A DNA stretch of 64,000 bases, from the NCBI GenBank assembly GCA_002336485.1, contig DDCZ01000048.1:115801-179800 (forward strand), given 5' to 3'. Shown here one piece after another: positions 1 through 9,148 of the stretch. Position 1 is the stretch's first letter. Each line of letters begins with the position of its first letter. Origin of the DNA: Flavobacteriales bacterium UBA1993 (lineage in GTDB: Bacteria > Bacteroidota > Bacteroidia > Flavobacteriales_G > Salibacteraceae). Under the pieces are notes generated by a model. The model worked only from the letters and a program-made list of their open reading frames with translations, made no database searches and was not told where the DNA came from. A program made the position numbers and the translations under genes.

Positions 1-1
1 G

Positions 2-355
2 TACTACTTCCGCCAAAACAAGAATCTGTTCTACTTCGGGAGCGACTTTCAGCGACTTCGCTTTCATGTGGCCACCGGAACGGATCTGAAATTCCCCTAC
101 AAGCAGCAAATTTTTGATGATCCAAGCCTGTCTTATTACAAAACGGAATGGCACTTCGTCGACTTTTTAGTAGGTGCCAATATCAAGCTGCCATCCAACT
201 TGTATGCAGACCTCGCCTTTGGACCAAATTTCGGAATTATCGATCGAACATACCCCGATGATTCACCCATTAAACCTGGTTTAAAGGAAAGTCAATTCAT
301 TGCCTTACCGGAGGTGCGTGTTGGACTCAGATACCTTCTGCTCATCCGCGATTAA
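2..355 (+). CDS. 3' end of a CDS entering from upstream of the window; hypothetical protein
   Basis: Frame 2 is open from base 2 to TAA at 353-355. The track ORF 68..355 is its tail. No recognisable motif. Confidence 0.4.
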   Translation, partial: YYFRQNKNLFYFGSDFQRLRFHVATGTDLKFPYKQQIFDDPSLSYYKTEWHFVDFLVGANIKLPSNLYADLAFGPNFGIIDRTYPDDSPIKPGLKESQFIALPEVRVGLRYLLLIRD

Positions 356-382
356 GACCGATTTTATGCATGTCCAATGGAT

Positions 383-1081
383 CTACGGTCTGTAGATCGA
401 CCTTGGATAGTCGAGCACATTGACCGATTCGCCTGCAAGTTCTTTGATTGCATCCTTGGCAATCCAAATTGCTGACTTGCTATCCATTTCCAGCATTTTT
501 TTCGCGGTGTCAATCGCTAATTTGTTCAAGTCTCGATTTCGTTTCCCGATGCTTCTCAGAGCCCAATTAACGGCTTTCTTAACGTAGATACGATCGTCGG
601 TAGCTGCATGGAGAAGCCAGGGAAGAAACTGCTCATACACGTCATTCGAGGCCTTTTTATCAGCCATGCAATAACCAGCCATGGTGGCAAAAGCAGCCCT
701 CCGCTCAAACTCCGATTCGTCGTTTTTGTATTGTTCTATCATGGAAACGGCGAGCGGACTTCGTGCATAAACGCCCATGCTAAACGAATCGCATATTTCC
801 CAATTCTCAAATGTGGCCGTCCATTTCTCAACCAGATCGAAGGTTAATTCTTTTGGACGACACAGTTTGCTGCACATCAAGCGGCCTTCGTAAATACCGG
901 TGTCGAAAAGCTCGATTGCCAGGGCGCTATTCATACCGATTTCCTTGGCTAGAGCCTTCAAGTCTTTGTGGTAAACTCCGAGCGAATTATTGGCGACAAC
1001 CCCAAATTTTTTCTGTTTGAAGATGACTTTCTCTGGGTCTTTGAGTGCGTTTAGGCGAGTTATTATTTCGGTTGATGTCAT
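383..1081 (-). CDS. DNA alkylation repair protein (AlkD-like HEAT-repeat family)
   Basis: Length and helical-repeat pattern (KKAVNWALRSIGKRN, AIWIAKDAIKEL) are typical of AlkD-like proteins. I chose the ATG at 1081 (MTSTEIITRL) because it lies 1 nt after the upstream stop; the longer ORF to 1132 would overlap it. Confidence 0.7.
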   Translation of the reverse strand: MTSTEIITRLNALKDPEKVIFKQKKFGVVANNSLGVYHKDLKALAKEIGMNSALAIELFDTGIYEGRLMCSKLCRPKELTFDLVEKWTATFENWEICDSFSMGVYARSPLAVSMIEQYKNDESEFERRAAFATMAGYCMADKKASNDVYEQFLPWLLHAATDDRIYVKKAVNWALRSIGKRNRDLNKLAIDTAKKMLEMDSKSAIWIAKDAIKELAGESVNVLDYPRSIYRP

Positions 1082-1082
1082 C

Positions 1083-1517
1083 TCAGTCAATAAGCATAAT
1101 GAACAGAATTGCGACGCGAATGGTCCAGGCAATGGTTCGAATCCAATTGGTTTGAATCAATTTCTCAATACGCTCTGGAGTTGGGCTCCGCGATATTTGA
1201 AGATGAATCGGCGCCTGAAAGACCAAGGTGCTGATACCAATAATGACAAAAAGTCCCATGTTGAGTGCGAAAAGTGGATCCAGGTCGCAATAGAGATAGA
1301 TCAGTCCAGAGAGCATCTCAACCACCATTACGGGTATAGCAACCACACTCGTTCGGAGTAGGTTTTTTCGCTCGTAGTTTGATAGATCGGAAAACGATAT
1401 TTCTCGGAAGAGGGGGTAGTGCACAACTTGAACAAACCAACACAGTCCGCACATAAATATGGTTGCAACGACGTGCACAAGAAAGACATGATTTGAAAGG
1501 CAGAGCACCTGATCCAT
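1083..1517 (-). CDS. Small integral membrane protein (about 4 TM; possibly DUF1772-like)
   Basis: 144-aa ORF with four hydrophobic segments, packed 1 nt upstream of the AlkD-like gene. The family assignment is tentative. Confidence 0.5.
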   Translation of the reverse strand: MDQVLCLSNHVFLVHVVATIFMCGLCWFVQVVHYPLFREISFSDLSNYERKNLLRTSVVAIPVMVVEMLSGLIYLYCDLDPLFALNMGLFVIIGISTLVFQAPIHLQISRSPTPERIEKLIQTNWIRTIAWTIRVAILFIMLID

Positions 1518-1563
1518 CCTAAGCGGTTTGCTCTAAAATTACGCGAAACAAAGGATATTCAAT

Positions 1564-1944
1564 CTACCAGGTTCCGGCAGGAGAGTAGAGCAAGTCAATC
1601 GGATTGTCGATGTCGTATAAGTAGGCATAACCCTTGGTTTCCTTGGTAGAAAAGGGAGCAAGAGCTTTCAGGAGATCCTGGTATCCATCGGCATTAAGCA
1701 GGCAATAAAACGTCGTTGCGTCCTGCGACAAAATGCCGTCATTTTCCTCGGCCTTGCAAAGAACTAGATTGCAATTTCTAGGGGTAATAAATTCGAGTTG
1801 ACCGAGGTTCAATTTTGGTTCGGCGCTGTTAAGCCAATCCACAATAGTCTGGGTCAGCAAAAGTGATTCTGCCATGTCAAAGCCGTAAAGCCTTACGAAG
1901 CTTTCGCCAAACGAATTAACCTGATCGATGTAGTCTAGTTCCAT
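1564..1944 (-). CDS. Hypothetical protein (126 aa, soluble)
   Basis: ORF 1564..2085 trimmed to the ATG at 1944 (MELDYIDQV), which avoids a 115-nt overlap with the upstream gene. No motif recognised. Confidence 0.5.
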   Translation of the reverse strand: MELDYIDQVNSFGESFVRLYGFDMAESLLLTQTIVDWLNSAEPKLNLGQLEFITPRNCNLVLCKAEENDGILSQDATTFYCLLNADGYQDLLKALAPFSTKETKGYAYLYDIDNPIDLLYSPAGTW

Positions 1945-1970
1945 GAAGCGCCAAAAGTGAGCATTCCTAT

Positions 1971-2498
1971 TTACGTTTCCGATTCTTGTTTTTTGGCTGA
2001 ACCTCGCATCATAAACGCCTGCACTTGTTGAAAGTTGAAAATGAGATATAGACCCATGCCCAGTTTTAAGGCGGTCGACACCCAATAAAAACCGCCCGCG
2101 TCAATATTTTCGGATATGCCAGTTTGGGGTTGCAAAGCGGTGAGTGATTGATCAATAAACACGGGGAAACTATCCAGAACCGTAATGCCCCCAATAATCA
2201 AAATGGCCAGTTTGAAAATTGTCTTGTCATTCAAGTATGGCGCACTAAACGAATCAGAGTCAAATCCCTTTGATAGCCCAAGCCAATCTATGAGGATGTC
2301 TGCCTTGAAAATGAGAAGGACAAAAAGAGCAATAAATAGGGTTGCAGAAATAAAGACCGAGCCGAGAACCCAGACTAGCGCTTCTTCTATATATATGGGG
2401 TAGCCAAATATTGTTGGGATAACCGAGAAAACAGTTATTACAATGGAGTAGAGTCCAAATACTTTAATCAGGATCCGGAAAAGGTCAGTTTTAGTCAT
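1971..2498 (-). CDS. Hypothetical integral membrane protein (about 4 TM)
   Basis: 175-aa ORF with four long hydrophobic stretches. Its start overlaps the stop of the upstream ORF by 8 nt. Confidence 0.6.
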   Translation of the reverse strand: MTKTDLFRILIKVFGLYSIVITVFSVIPTIFGYPIYIEEALVWVLGSVFISATLFIALFVLLIFKADILIDWLGLSKGFDSDSFSAPYLNDKTIFKLAILIIGGITVLDSFPVFIDQSLTALQPQTGISENIDAGGFYWVSTALKLGMGLYLIFNFQQVQAFMMRGSAKKQESET

Positions 2499-2952
2499 GT
2501 GCTGTAGTGTCAGATAATTGCAGGTGGCCGATGCGCTGAAGTTTTATCGTCTTTGGCGTGTCGGTCATGTTTTTTAGTTCCGTGCCCATTGTGGTAAACG
2601 AAAGGTTGGAATCGTTGTTAATCGTTCCCACTCGAACGACATCGTCATCGACAATTATGATCGTTCCGCTTTCTATTTGAATGTCGTACTGGGTTTGATT
2701 TATGAAGAGCTGTGTATTCGAATGAAAAGCCCACAGCTCATTTGGGGTGGACATGTTTTCCCACTGGTACCCGATCACCATTGTTTCCACCATGGATTGT
2801 CTTTCCTCTAACATCTCTGTGGCCTCCTCCAACCGATCTTGCATTTCCGCATCTATTTTTTGCAGCGCTTGGATCGCGGCGTATCCAAGCGGAATCAAAA
2901 CCACAAGGACGACCCCAAGAATGATTAGACTCTTATTCTTTCTGTTCATCAA
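2491..2952 (-). CDS. Hypothetical single-pass membrane protein with coiled-coil and beta-rich ectodomain
   Basis: N-terminal TM segment (SLIILGVVLVVLIPLGYAAI), then an acidic helix, then a beta-like region. It overlaps the RDD gene by 20 nt. Confidence 0.6.
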   Translation of the reverse strand: MMNRKNKSLIILGVVLVVLIPLGYAAIQALQKIDAEMQDRLEEATEMLEERQSMVETMVIGYQWENMSTPNELWAFHSNTQLFINQTQYDIQIESGTIIIVDDDVVRVGTINNDSNLSFTTMGTELKNMTDTPKTIKLQRIGHLQLSDTTAHD

Positions 2953-3481
2953 GCAACTTCTTTAGTTTGTCATATTCCTCATCTGGCACCACATATGTGT
3001 CAGACCAGCGATCGTGCCATCCACGATCACTCAGGCAAGAAAGGATTTCAAAGGGCACCAGGCGAATCAGGTTTCGCAAAATATTGGTAGGTAGGTCTGG
3101 CTTCTCGCCATAGGCGTTAATGACTCGGCACTTGGTCAGAAATTTACCTGGCGTTCGCTGCCAGATATGCTCACTTATAATATAGTAGACAGGGTAAGAG
3201 ATAAACGAAATCGATGCAATGCTGGTGATGGTTCCAAGGTTGGATGAGAGCTCCAACATTTCCTCTAGCGTGAGGGCCGCACCTAAAATTGAACCCATGG
3301 CCCAAAACACGGATCTAAGAATGAATCCATCGGCAAAAAAATGTGCGAAACGTTTTCCTCCCGTCATCAGAGCAATGGGGCGAGATGCTTCATACGGGAC
3401 TTTACTTCGAACGAGATTTCCCTCACCATCGCGCTTCTCAACTGTCTTGTACTTTGTGATTTTAAGCTCTGTGATTTTCAT
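2933..3481 (-). CDS. RDD family membrane protein
   Basis: GGKRFAHFFADGFIL and QRTPGKFLTKCRVI...ILRNLIRLVP match the conserved R/D/D arrangement and the TPGK motif of RDD proteins. Confidence 0.65.
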   Translation of the reverse strand: MKITELKITKYKTVEKRDGEGNLVRSKVPYEASRPIALMTGGKRFAHFFADGFILRSVFWAMGSILGAALTLEEMLELSSNLGTITSIASISFISYPVYYIISEHIWQRTPGKFLTKCRVINAYGEKPDLPTNILRNLIRLVPFEILSCLSDRGWHDRWSDTYVVPDEEYDKLKKLLDEQKE

Positions 3482-3543
3482 TATAGATGGTTGTGCTCTA
3501 CCGAAAGTAGATTATCTAAATATGAGATGAAAATGACGTGAGC

Positions 3544-3900
3544 CTATTGTTTGTCAAACACACTTGGTCCACGCTTTTGTTTTCCCAAGATATTCGACTT
3601 TTTCAATGCGAGCCAGAGAAGGACAAGCCCGCCAAAACCGAGGTATGCATGGTCGAAGAACATCAAAACCATCATGCCAAGCATCAGAAAGAGAACCAAA
3701 GACTTTACAAGCAGTTTGGATTGAGGCGGAGCCTTTTCTGGACGTTCGAGTTCTTTAAGAAAAAGCTCCTCGGCTTCCATCATTATGATCCGTCTTTCTT
3801 CATCACTCAAATCATGCGGGGTAAGCTTGGCTTTTATGGCGGTTGTAGACAGGCCTTCATGCCGCCAATTCACCACATCCTCTATGAAAATATCTTTCAT
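3544..3900 (-). CDS. Hypothetical membrane protein (N-terminal helical domain plus 2 TM)
   Basis: 118-aa ORF with ATG at 3900. A TAnnTTTG-type box lies 20 nt upstream. Confidence 0.55.
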   Translation of the reverse strand: MKDIFIEDVVNWRHEGLSTTAIKAKLTPHDLSDEERRIIMMEAEELFLKELERPEKAPPQSKLLVKSLVLFLMLGMMVLMFFDHAYLGFGGLVLLWLALKKSNILGKQKRGPSVFDKQ

Positions 3901-3919
3901 CTGTCGTTCAATCGATATA

Positions 3920-3927
3920 CAAATCTA
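3920..3927 (-). promoter_or_regulatory. Candidate Bacteroidota -7 promoter box (TAGATTTG on minus strand)
   Basis: Plus strand reads CAAATCTA, which is TAnnTTTG on the minus strand, 20 nt upstream of the ATG at 3900. The motif is short, and roughly 30 chance hits are expected in 64 kb on both strands. Confidence 0.35.
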
Positions 3928-3983
3928 ATCGCTAAATTTCGGATTCAAATTCGCGCATTAAGAGCGCGTGATAACTGAAATTA

Positions 3984-5087
3984 ATGAGATTAGGTTTTCT
4001 ATTGGTCTTCTTGAGTGTGTTGTCCTTCGGTTGCCGAAAGCATATCGTAGACCCGGTCAACTATGTGAATGATGTGGACGATGAAACGCGCATGCTGTTG
4101 GTGCTGTCTGCACCATCGGTGGACGATATTTATTATCAATCAAAATTTGAGGATATCGTGCAGTTTCAGATAGCGTATGCAAATGCCATAATCGGAAACG
4201 ACAATGTGGTGGTTTTGGTAGATCGGAAAACCAGAAAATATTACGAGGATGCCTTACCGGGCGATGTGCTTTTGACGCAAGAAGTCTTTGATATTTGGAT
4301 GCGCGACTTCACCACGGTAAATCCATTAGACCCAGTTAAATTCAAGTACACTTGGGCTTCAATGACTCAGGAAGAAAGTGAAGAAGTGCAACAAAGTTTT
4401 GTGGATTTTAGTGAACGATGTTTTCTAGAATGGGAGTCTACAGATCTAAGCATTGATGGCGGAAACATTGTTGACAACTATGCTGGGCGTGTCATTACCA
4501 CCACGCGCTTTCAGTCAGACAATCGGATAACAGGAGACCAAGCCCGCGAAGAGCTTAAGGCCGTTTTAGGCGCGACTCAAGTTTCGGTTATCGAAGCCGA
4601 TGAAGACGTCCTTGGTCATGCGGATGGCATGGTGATGTGGGCCGATGATAACACCCTCATTGTAAACGACTATTCAGCCTACCCCAATTATAGAACGGGG
4701 GTAATAAATGAACTCAAAGCAACATTTCCAGGGGTGAACCTTATTGAGATCCCAGTCGATTACGGCTTGATAGATACCGCTGATTCAAGTGTGAAACTTG
4801 TTGACTCTCTGCTTTTACTGCAGCAATTGGCGTGGGATGGATTTGAGTCTGCCTGTGGCGTACACGTAAACTCAACGGTAACGTTTGAAAACATCTACGT
4901 GCCCACATTTGATATGGATCACGATGACGCCGCACTCCAGTTGATCCGAGACAATACCACAAAAAATGTAATTGAAATAAACGCTTCAGGCGTTTGTGAA
5001 ATGGGAGGAAGCGTGCGCTGTTTAACTTGGCAACAAACAGGAGATAATGCCACTCGACTTATTGAAGAAGCGCGCATTCGGAAATGA
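3984..5087 (+). CDS. Agmatine deiminase / peptidyl-arginine deiminase (PAD_porph) family protein, probable lipoprotein
   Basis: DIWMRDF, GHADGMV and C-terminal GGSVRCLTWQQ (catalytic Cys context) fit the guanidino-group-modifying fold. The N-terminal signal peptide ends in FGC. Confidence 0.7.
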   Translation: MRLGFLLVFLSVLSFGCRKHIVDPVNYVNDVDDETRMLLVLSAPSVDDIYYQSKFEDIVQFQIAYANAIIGNDNVVVLVDRKTRKYYEDALPGDVLLTQEVFDIWMRDFTTVNPLDPVKFKYTWASMTQEESEEVQQSFVDFSERCFLEWESTDLSIDGGNIVDNYAGRVITTTRFQSDNRITGDQAREELKAVLGATQVSVIEADEDVLGHADGMVMWADDNTLIVNDYSAYPNYRTGVINELKATFPGVNLIEIPVDYGLIDTADSSVKLVDSLLLLQQLAWDGFESACGVHVNSTVTFENIYVPTFDMDHDDAALQLIRDNTTKNVIEINASGVCEMGGSVRCLTWQQTGDNATRLIEEARIRK

Positions 5088-5419
5088 AAAACCTAGATCA
5101 CTATGAGCGTTTAGTGGAACAGTTTCCCTCTGTGACCAGAAAGGGAAAGACCATGCCCTACACGAGTCTCAATGGTCACATGTTTAGCTTTTTGGATAAA
5201 GAAGGTAAGGTCAGTATCCGATTTTCTGATGCGGAGTTGGAGATTTTTTTAGAGAAGTATTCCACGGAACGCTCCATCCAACATAATAGTGTGATGCGCG
5301 GCTATGCCATCATCCCACAGGATATGCTCGAGGATACAAATAAGCTTGTTCCATATTTTCAGAAGAGCTTGGACTACATTGGAAGCTTAAAGCCGAAACC
5401 GACTAAGAAGCCCAAGTAG
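5084..5419 (+). CDS. Hypothetical protein (111 aa, Lys-rich tail)
   Basis: Its ATG overlaps the upstream stop (ATGA at 5084-5087). No signal peptide and no confident family. Confidence 0.55.
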   Translation: MKNLDHYERLVEQFPSVTRKGKTMPYTSLNGHMFSFLDKEGKVSIRFSDAELEIFLEKYSTERSIQHNSVMRGYAIIPQDMLEDTNKLVPYFQKSLDYIGSLKPKPTKKPK

Positions 5420-5463
5420 AACTATAAGGAGGCAGAGCCAGACTTACGTGGCTTCTCTAATTG

Positions 5464-6687
5464 TTAGGAACGGTTTGGCCGTACGTCCACAAATTTTTCG
5501 ACCTCTTTCCAAAATTCAGGATACGATTTAGCCACTACCATTGGGTCATGGATTTTAATAACAGGATAAATCATGCTTAAGGCCGCCACAGACATTACCA
5601 TTCGGTGATCGCTGTGGGCATCAAATTCCTCACATTCTGTAGCAGGTTTATTGCCCACGAGGGTTAAGGTATGATCGTTGACTTCGCTTTCGATGCCAGC
5701 TTTCTTAAGCTCTGACTGCAATGCGAAAATTCGATCCGACTCCTTTAATCGTAAATTATCGAGTCCATGAAAGGAGAACTTCAATCCTTGAGCTCCCGCT
5801 GAAATCACTGCTGGTTGAACTAGGTCGGGATGATTTCGGAAGTTCCATTCGGTCGAATCCTGTATTTCTTCTGACTTGGTTATTCCTAAACCAGTTTCAT
5901 TGAACTGAAATTTCAGACCAAGCTTTTCAAATATTGCGGTGGCTGCACGATCGCCTTGAATGCTGTTTTCTGTCAACCCCAACAAAGTGAAATTGACCTT
6001 ACGCGCAAGGGTGGCGAAGCTCATCCAAAACGCTGCGGAACTCCAATCTTGCTCTACCGTATATGCTTTGGATCGATACCTTCCTGGCTGAACAACAATT
6101 TGATTTCCTTCAAAAGAAAGTTGGGCGCCACAACTTTCCATGAGCGATTTTGTCATACCAATATATGGCCGAGAAAGAGGGTCACCTTCGATGTCGATGT
6201 GAAGTGGCTGGGGAAGTGTTGGAGCAATTAATAGAAGTGCGGTAATAAACTGACTACTCACATTTCCAGCAACTTTCACATGGCCTCCATTTAGGCGACG
6301 ACCCTCTATGTGTAAGGGTGGGAACCCTTCATTTTCGAGATAGGTAATCCGCGCGCCCAAACTTCTTAAGGCATCCACAAGGATTGAGATTGGTCGTTGC
6401 TTCATTCGTTCCGATCCCGTGAGCACCTTCTCGCCGGGCTGGCCAGCATAATACGCTGTAAGAAATCGCATGGCCGTTCCAGCGGGTCCCACATCGGTGA
6501 TCATGTCATTGCGGTCAAGTGCCTTTTGCATAATGACGGTGTCATCTGCTGTGCTCAAGTTGTTAATATTGAACGGAGTCTTTGTCAACGCCTGAATTAT
6601 CAAGACCCGATTACTGATACTCTTTGAGGCTGGAAGAATAATGTTTCCCTTAAGCGATTTTGATTTGGTGCGGAGTGTGAATTTCAT
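5464..6687 (-). CDS. aroA: 3-phosphoshikimate 1-carboxyvinyltransferase (EPSP synthase)
   Basis: LPASKSISNRVLI and GPAGTAMRFLTAY motifs; 407 aa. ATGA overlap with the aroB stop. Confidence 0.9.
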   Translation of the reverse strand: MKFTLRTKSKSLKGNIILPASKSISNRVLIIQALTKTPFNINNLSTADDTVIMQKALDRNDMITDVGPAGTAMRFLTAYYAGQPGEKVLTGSERMKQRPISILVDALRSLGARITYLENEGFPPLHIEGRRLNGGHVKVAGNVSSQFITALLLIAPTLPQPLHIDIEGDPLSRPYIGMTKSLMESCGAQLSFEGNQIVVQPGRYRSKAYTVEQDWSSAAFWMSFATLARKVNFTLLGLTENSIQGDRAATAIFEKLGLKFQFNETGLGITKSEEIQDSTEWNFRNHPDLVQPAVISAGAQGLKFSFHGLDNLRLKESDRIFALQSELKKAGIESEVNDHTLTLVGNKPATECEEFDAHSDHRMVMSVAALSMIYPVIKIHDPMVVAKSYPEFWKEVEKFVDVRPNRS

Positions 6688-7727
6688 CTAGACCATGCCT
6701 TTTTAGTGAATTCCAACGCATCAATCAGTTCTGATTCCATAGCTACGACACTCAATGCTGGTGTGCCTATGCTTGAGATCAACGAGCAAATTATTCCAGA
6801 TCTAGTGTTCTTTTTATCCTGCCTCATATGACTCAGATACGTCTCTGTGTCAATGACTGGAAATTGGACCCCTTTGTACGTATCCATGATGTGTGCTTGA
6901 ATGGCCTCAAATGAATCCATTTCCAAACCCGCCAGCTTTGTGGCGAGATAGGATTCGGCTACCATCCCAATGGCGATAGCTTCACCGTGCAATAGCGAGT
7001 TGGTTCCTTCCTGACTTGCAGACTCAATGGCATGTCCAACGGTGTGCCCAAAGTTCAGCGCCTGTCTTGATCCAGTATCCAGGTAATCTTCCTTAATAAT
7101 ATCTCGTTTGATTTGCATGGATCGCAAGATGCCATTACTTGACATAGAATGATCATTCTTCTCAATTAATGTAGCCCAAAACGAAGGATCTGAAATGAGC
7201 GCGTGCTTAATCGTTTCGGCGTATCCACTGATAACGTGTCGCGGATCAAGCGTTTTTAGCAATTCAACTTCAACAAGGATATGTGTTGGTGGGTGAAATG
7301 TCCCGATTTGATTCTTGATGCCATTGAAGTTTACACCGGTCTTTCCTCCAATTGAGGCGTCGCACATCGCCAAATTTGTGGTTGGAATGTACATGGTGCG
7401 GATGCCGCGTTTGTATGTGCTCGCGACGTACCCACCGAGGTCGCATACTACGCCGCCGCCCAAACAAATGAGCATGGCATTGCGATCGATATTTGCGTCC
7501 ATTAATTCGCGCCACAGTCGCTCGGCGTTGCTTATTTCTTTGCTTGACTCACCCGACTTTGTCTCAATCAAGGTGAACTTTCGTTCTTGAATTAAGTGCT
7601 CGACGACGTATGGAAGGCACATTTCCTTCGTGTTTTCGTCCACCAATACAACCAATTCAGAGTAGCCAATAGAGTCAAATAGCTCAGGCCAGTTAGAAGT
7701 TGCTGTAATGATTTTTGACTCAATCAT
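6684..7727 (-). CDS. aroB: 3-dehydroquinate synthase
   Basis: GGGVVCDLGGYVAS and GHTVGHAIE motifs. The longest ORF starts at TTG 7742; I prefer the ATG at 7727 (MIESKII). Confidence 0.88.
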   Translation of the reverse strand: MIESKIITATSNWPELFDSIGYSELVVLVDENTKEMCLPYVVEHLIQERKFTLIETKSGESSKEISNAERLWRELMDANIDRNAMLICLGGGVVCDLGGYVASTYKRGIRTMYIPTTNLAMCDASIGGKTGVNFNGIKNQIGTFHPPTHILVEVELLKTLDPRHVISGYAETIKHALISDPSFWATLIEKNDHSMSSNGILRSMQIKRDIIKEDYLDTGSRQALNFGHTVGHAIESASQEGTNSLLHGEAIAIGMVAESYLATKLAGLEMDSFEAIQAHIMDTYKGVQFPVIDTETYLSHMRQDKKNTRSGIICSLISSIGTPALSVVAMESELIDALEFTKKAWSR

Positions 7728-8112
7728 CACATGGACATTCAATTGGGTTTTTCGGATCCCGGATGTACTTCAACGTTCTGGTTCTTTTGTCCCATTCTAT
7801 CTCTGCCTCGATGGTTCGATCTTCTTGCTCGAGCAGAATGAGGTACTTATAAGGGCTTCCACCTGGGTTGAGGCTTTTCGTTTCTGAGTCTTTCCAAAGA
7901 GCAGTGACAGTTTCATCGCTTAGGCCAATACATTCCACATAGCAGGCCATGCGCTCACTCTCTAAAAACACGGAATCATTTCGGATGTCCTCTAGAATAC
8001 GTTGTTCGGGTGTCCAAATATCAAGATCGCGTTCATCGCCCGTGAAAATCACATAAACGGCCAATAGTCCAAGTCCGAAACCTGTGAAATATACCCGCAG
8101 TCTTCTAAGCAT
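7720..8112 (-). CDS. Hypothetical membrane-anchored protein (130 aa)
   Basis: N-terminal TM segment ([15 protein letters not shown]). It overlaps the obg stop by 8 nt and the aroB start by 8 nt. Confidence 0.6.
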   Translation of the reverse strand: MLRRLRVYFTGFGLGLLAVYVIFTGDERDLDIWTPEQRILEDIRNDSVFLESERMACYVECIGLSDETVTALWKDSETKSLNPGGSPYKYLILLEQEDRTIEAEIEWDKRTRTLKYIRDPKNPIECPCDD

Positions 8113-9136
8113 CCTGATCTGTGTTTGGAAGAGTAATCGTGTTCCAAAGGGTGTCTTTCAGCGTGTCCAAATTTTCATTTGTAACAGATGAAATGAACAT
8201 ATGTGGCAATCCTTTCGGGAAGGTATCACCGATCATTTGTTTCAATTCTTTGTCGAGCATGTCTGATTTCGAAATCACCACGACCTGATCCTTATGCATG
8301 AGCTCTGGATTGTATTTCTCCAGTTCGCTCATTAAAATCTTGTACTCGTTAAGGTGATTTTTGCTGTCTGCTGGGATTAGAAATAACAAAACTGAATTTC
8401 GCTCTATGTGTCGAAGGAATACATAGCCCAGTCCCTTCCCAGCGCTAGCGCCTTCAATTATTCCAGGTATGTCGGCCATCACAAAAGATCTATGATCTCG
8501 ATAGGGAACGATACCCAAATTAGGGGTAAGCGTTGTGAATGCGTAATCCGCTATTTCCGGTTTTGCCGCAGTAACGGAGCTTAGTAGGGTCGATTTACCA
8601 GCATTCGGAAATCCAACAAGTCCAACATCAGCTAAAACTTTAAGTTCGAGTATAAACCAGTCTTCAATTCCTTCGCCACCCGGTTGAGAGTAACGCGGTG
8701 TTTGTTGAGTTGAATTTTTAAAGTGCCAGTTTCCAAGGCCGCCTTGTCCACCTGGCGCGAGAATAACTTGCTCTCCTGGCTCGGTCAGTTCAAAAAGGTG
8801 ATCGCCTGTTTCTGCATTCCGAACCACGGTGCCCAATGGAACTTTGATGACTACGTCAAGCCCACTCTTTCCCGTCGATCGTTGTTTGCCACCAGGTTTG
8901 CCGTGATTGGCCTTAATGTGCTTCTTGTATTTAAGGTGGAGGAGTGTCCACAGTTGCTTATCGGCCTCAATAATGATGTGCCCTCCGCGTCCTCCATCAC
9001 CGCCATCTGGGCCACCAGTTGGCACAAACTTCTCTCGTCTAAAATGGACAGAGCCGGCGCCACCATTGCCGCTTGCACAGAATATTTTGACATAATCGAC
9101 AAAATTTGACGACTGTACTTTGCGGTTCTTGGCCAT
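8105..9136 (-). CDS. obg: GTPase Obg/CgtA
   Basis: Gly-rich Obg fold ([16 protein letters not shown]) and G domain ([10 protein letters not shown]). Confidence 0.95.
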   Translation of the reverse strand: MAKNRKVQSSNFVDYVKIFCASGNGGAGSVHFRREKFVPTGGPDGGDGGRGGHIIIEADKQLWTLLHLKYKKHIKANHGKPGGKQRSTGKSGLDVVIKVPLGTVVRNAETGDHLFELTEPGEQVILAPGGQGGLGNWHFKNSTQQTPRYSQPGGEGIEDWFILELKVLADVGLVGFPNAGKSTLLSSVTAAKPEIADYAFTTLTPNLGIVPYRDHRSFVMADIPGIIEGASAGKGLGYVFLRHIERNSVLLFLIPADSKNHLNEYKILMSELEKYNPELMHKDQVVVISKSDMLDKELKQMIGDTFPKGLPHMFISSVTNENLDTLKDTLWNTITLPNTDQDA

Positions 9137-9148
9137 AAAATGTTTAGA

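Noticed and set aside
608-1361. Three plus-strand ORFs (608-847, 811-1020, 990-1361) overlapping the AlkD-like and membrane-protein genes
   Set aside because: They are antisense shadows of well-supported minus-strand genes. They have low-complexity or odd composition and no motifs.
5420-5463. Possible hairpin (AGAGCCA…TGGCTTCT) between the convergent 5084-5419 gene and aroA
   Set aside because: The stem is imperfect (needs a G-U pair and a mismatch) and there are no flanking T/A runs. Too weak to call a terminator.
8723-9109. Plus- and minus-strand ORFs inside obg (8723-9109, 8851-9102, 8907-9095), and ORFs 9140-9394 and 9154-9339 inside adk
   Set aside because: They lie entirely within strongly supported obg and adk coding regions. 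The Gly-rich obg codons generate open alternative frames.
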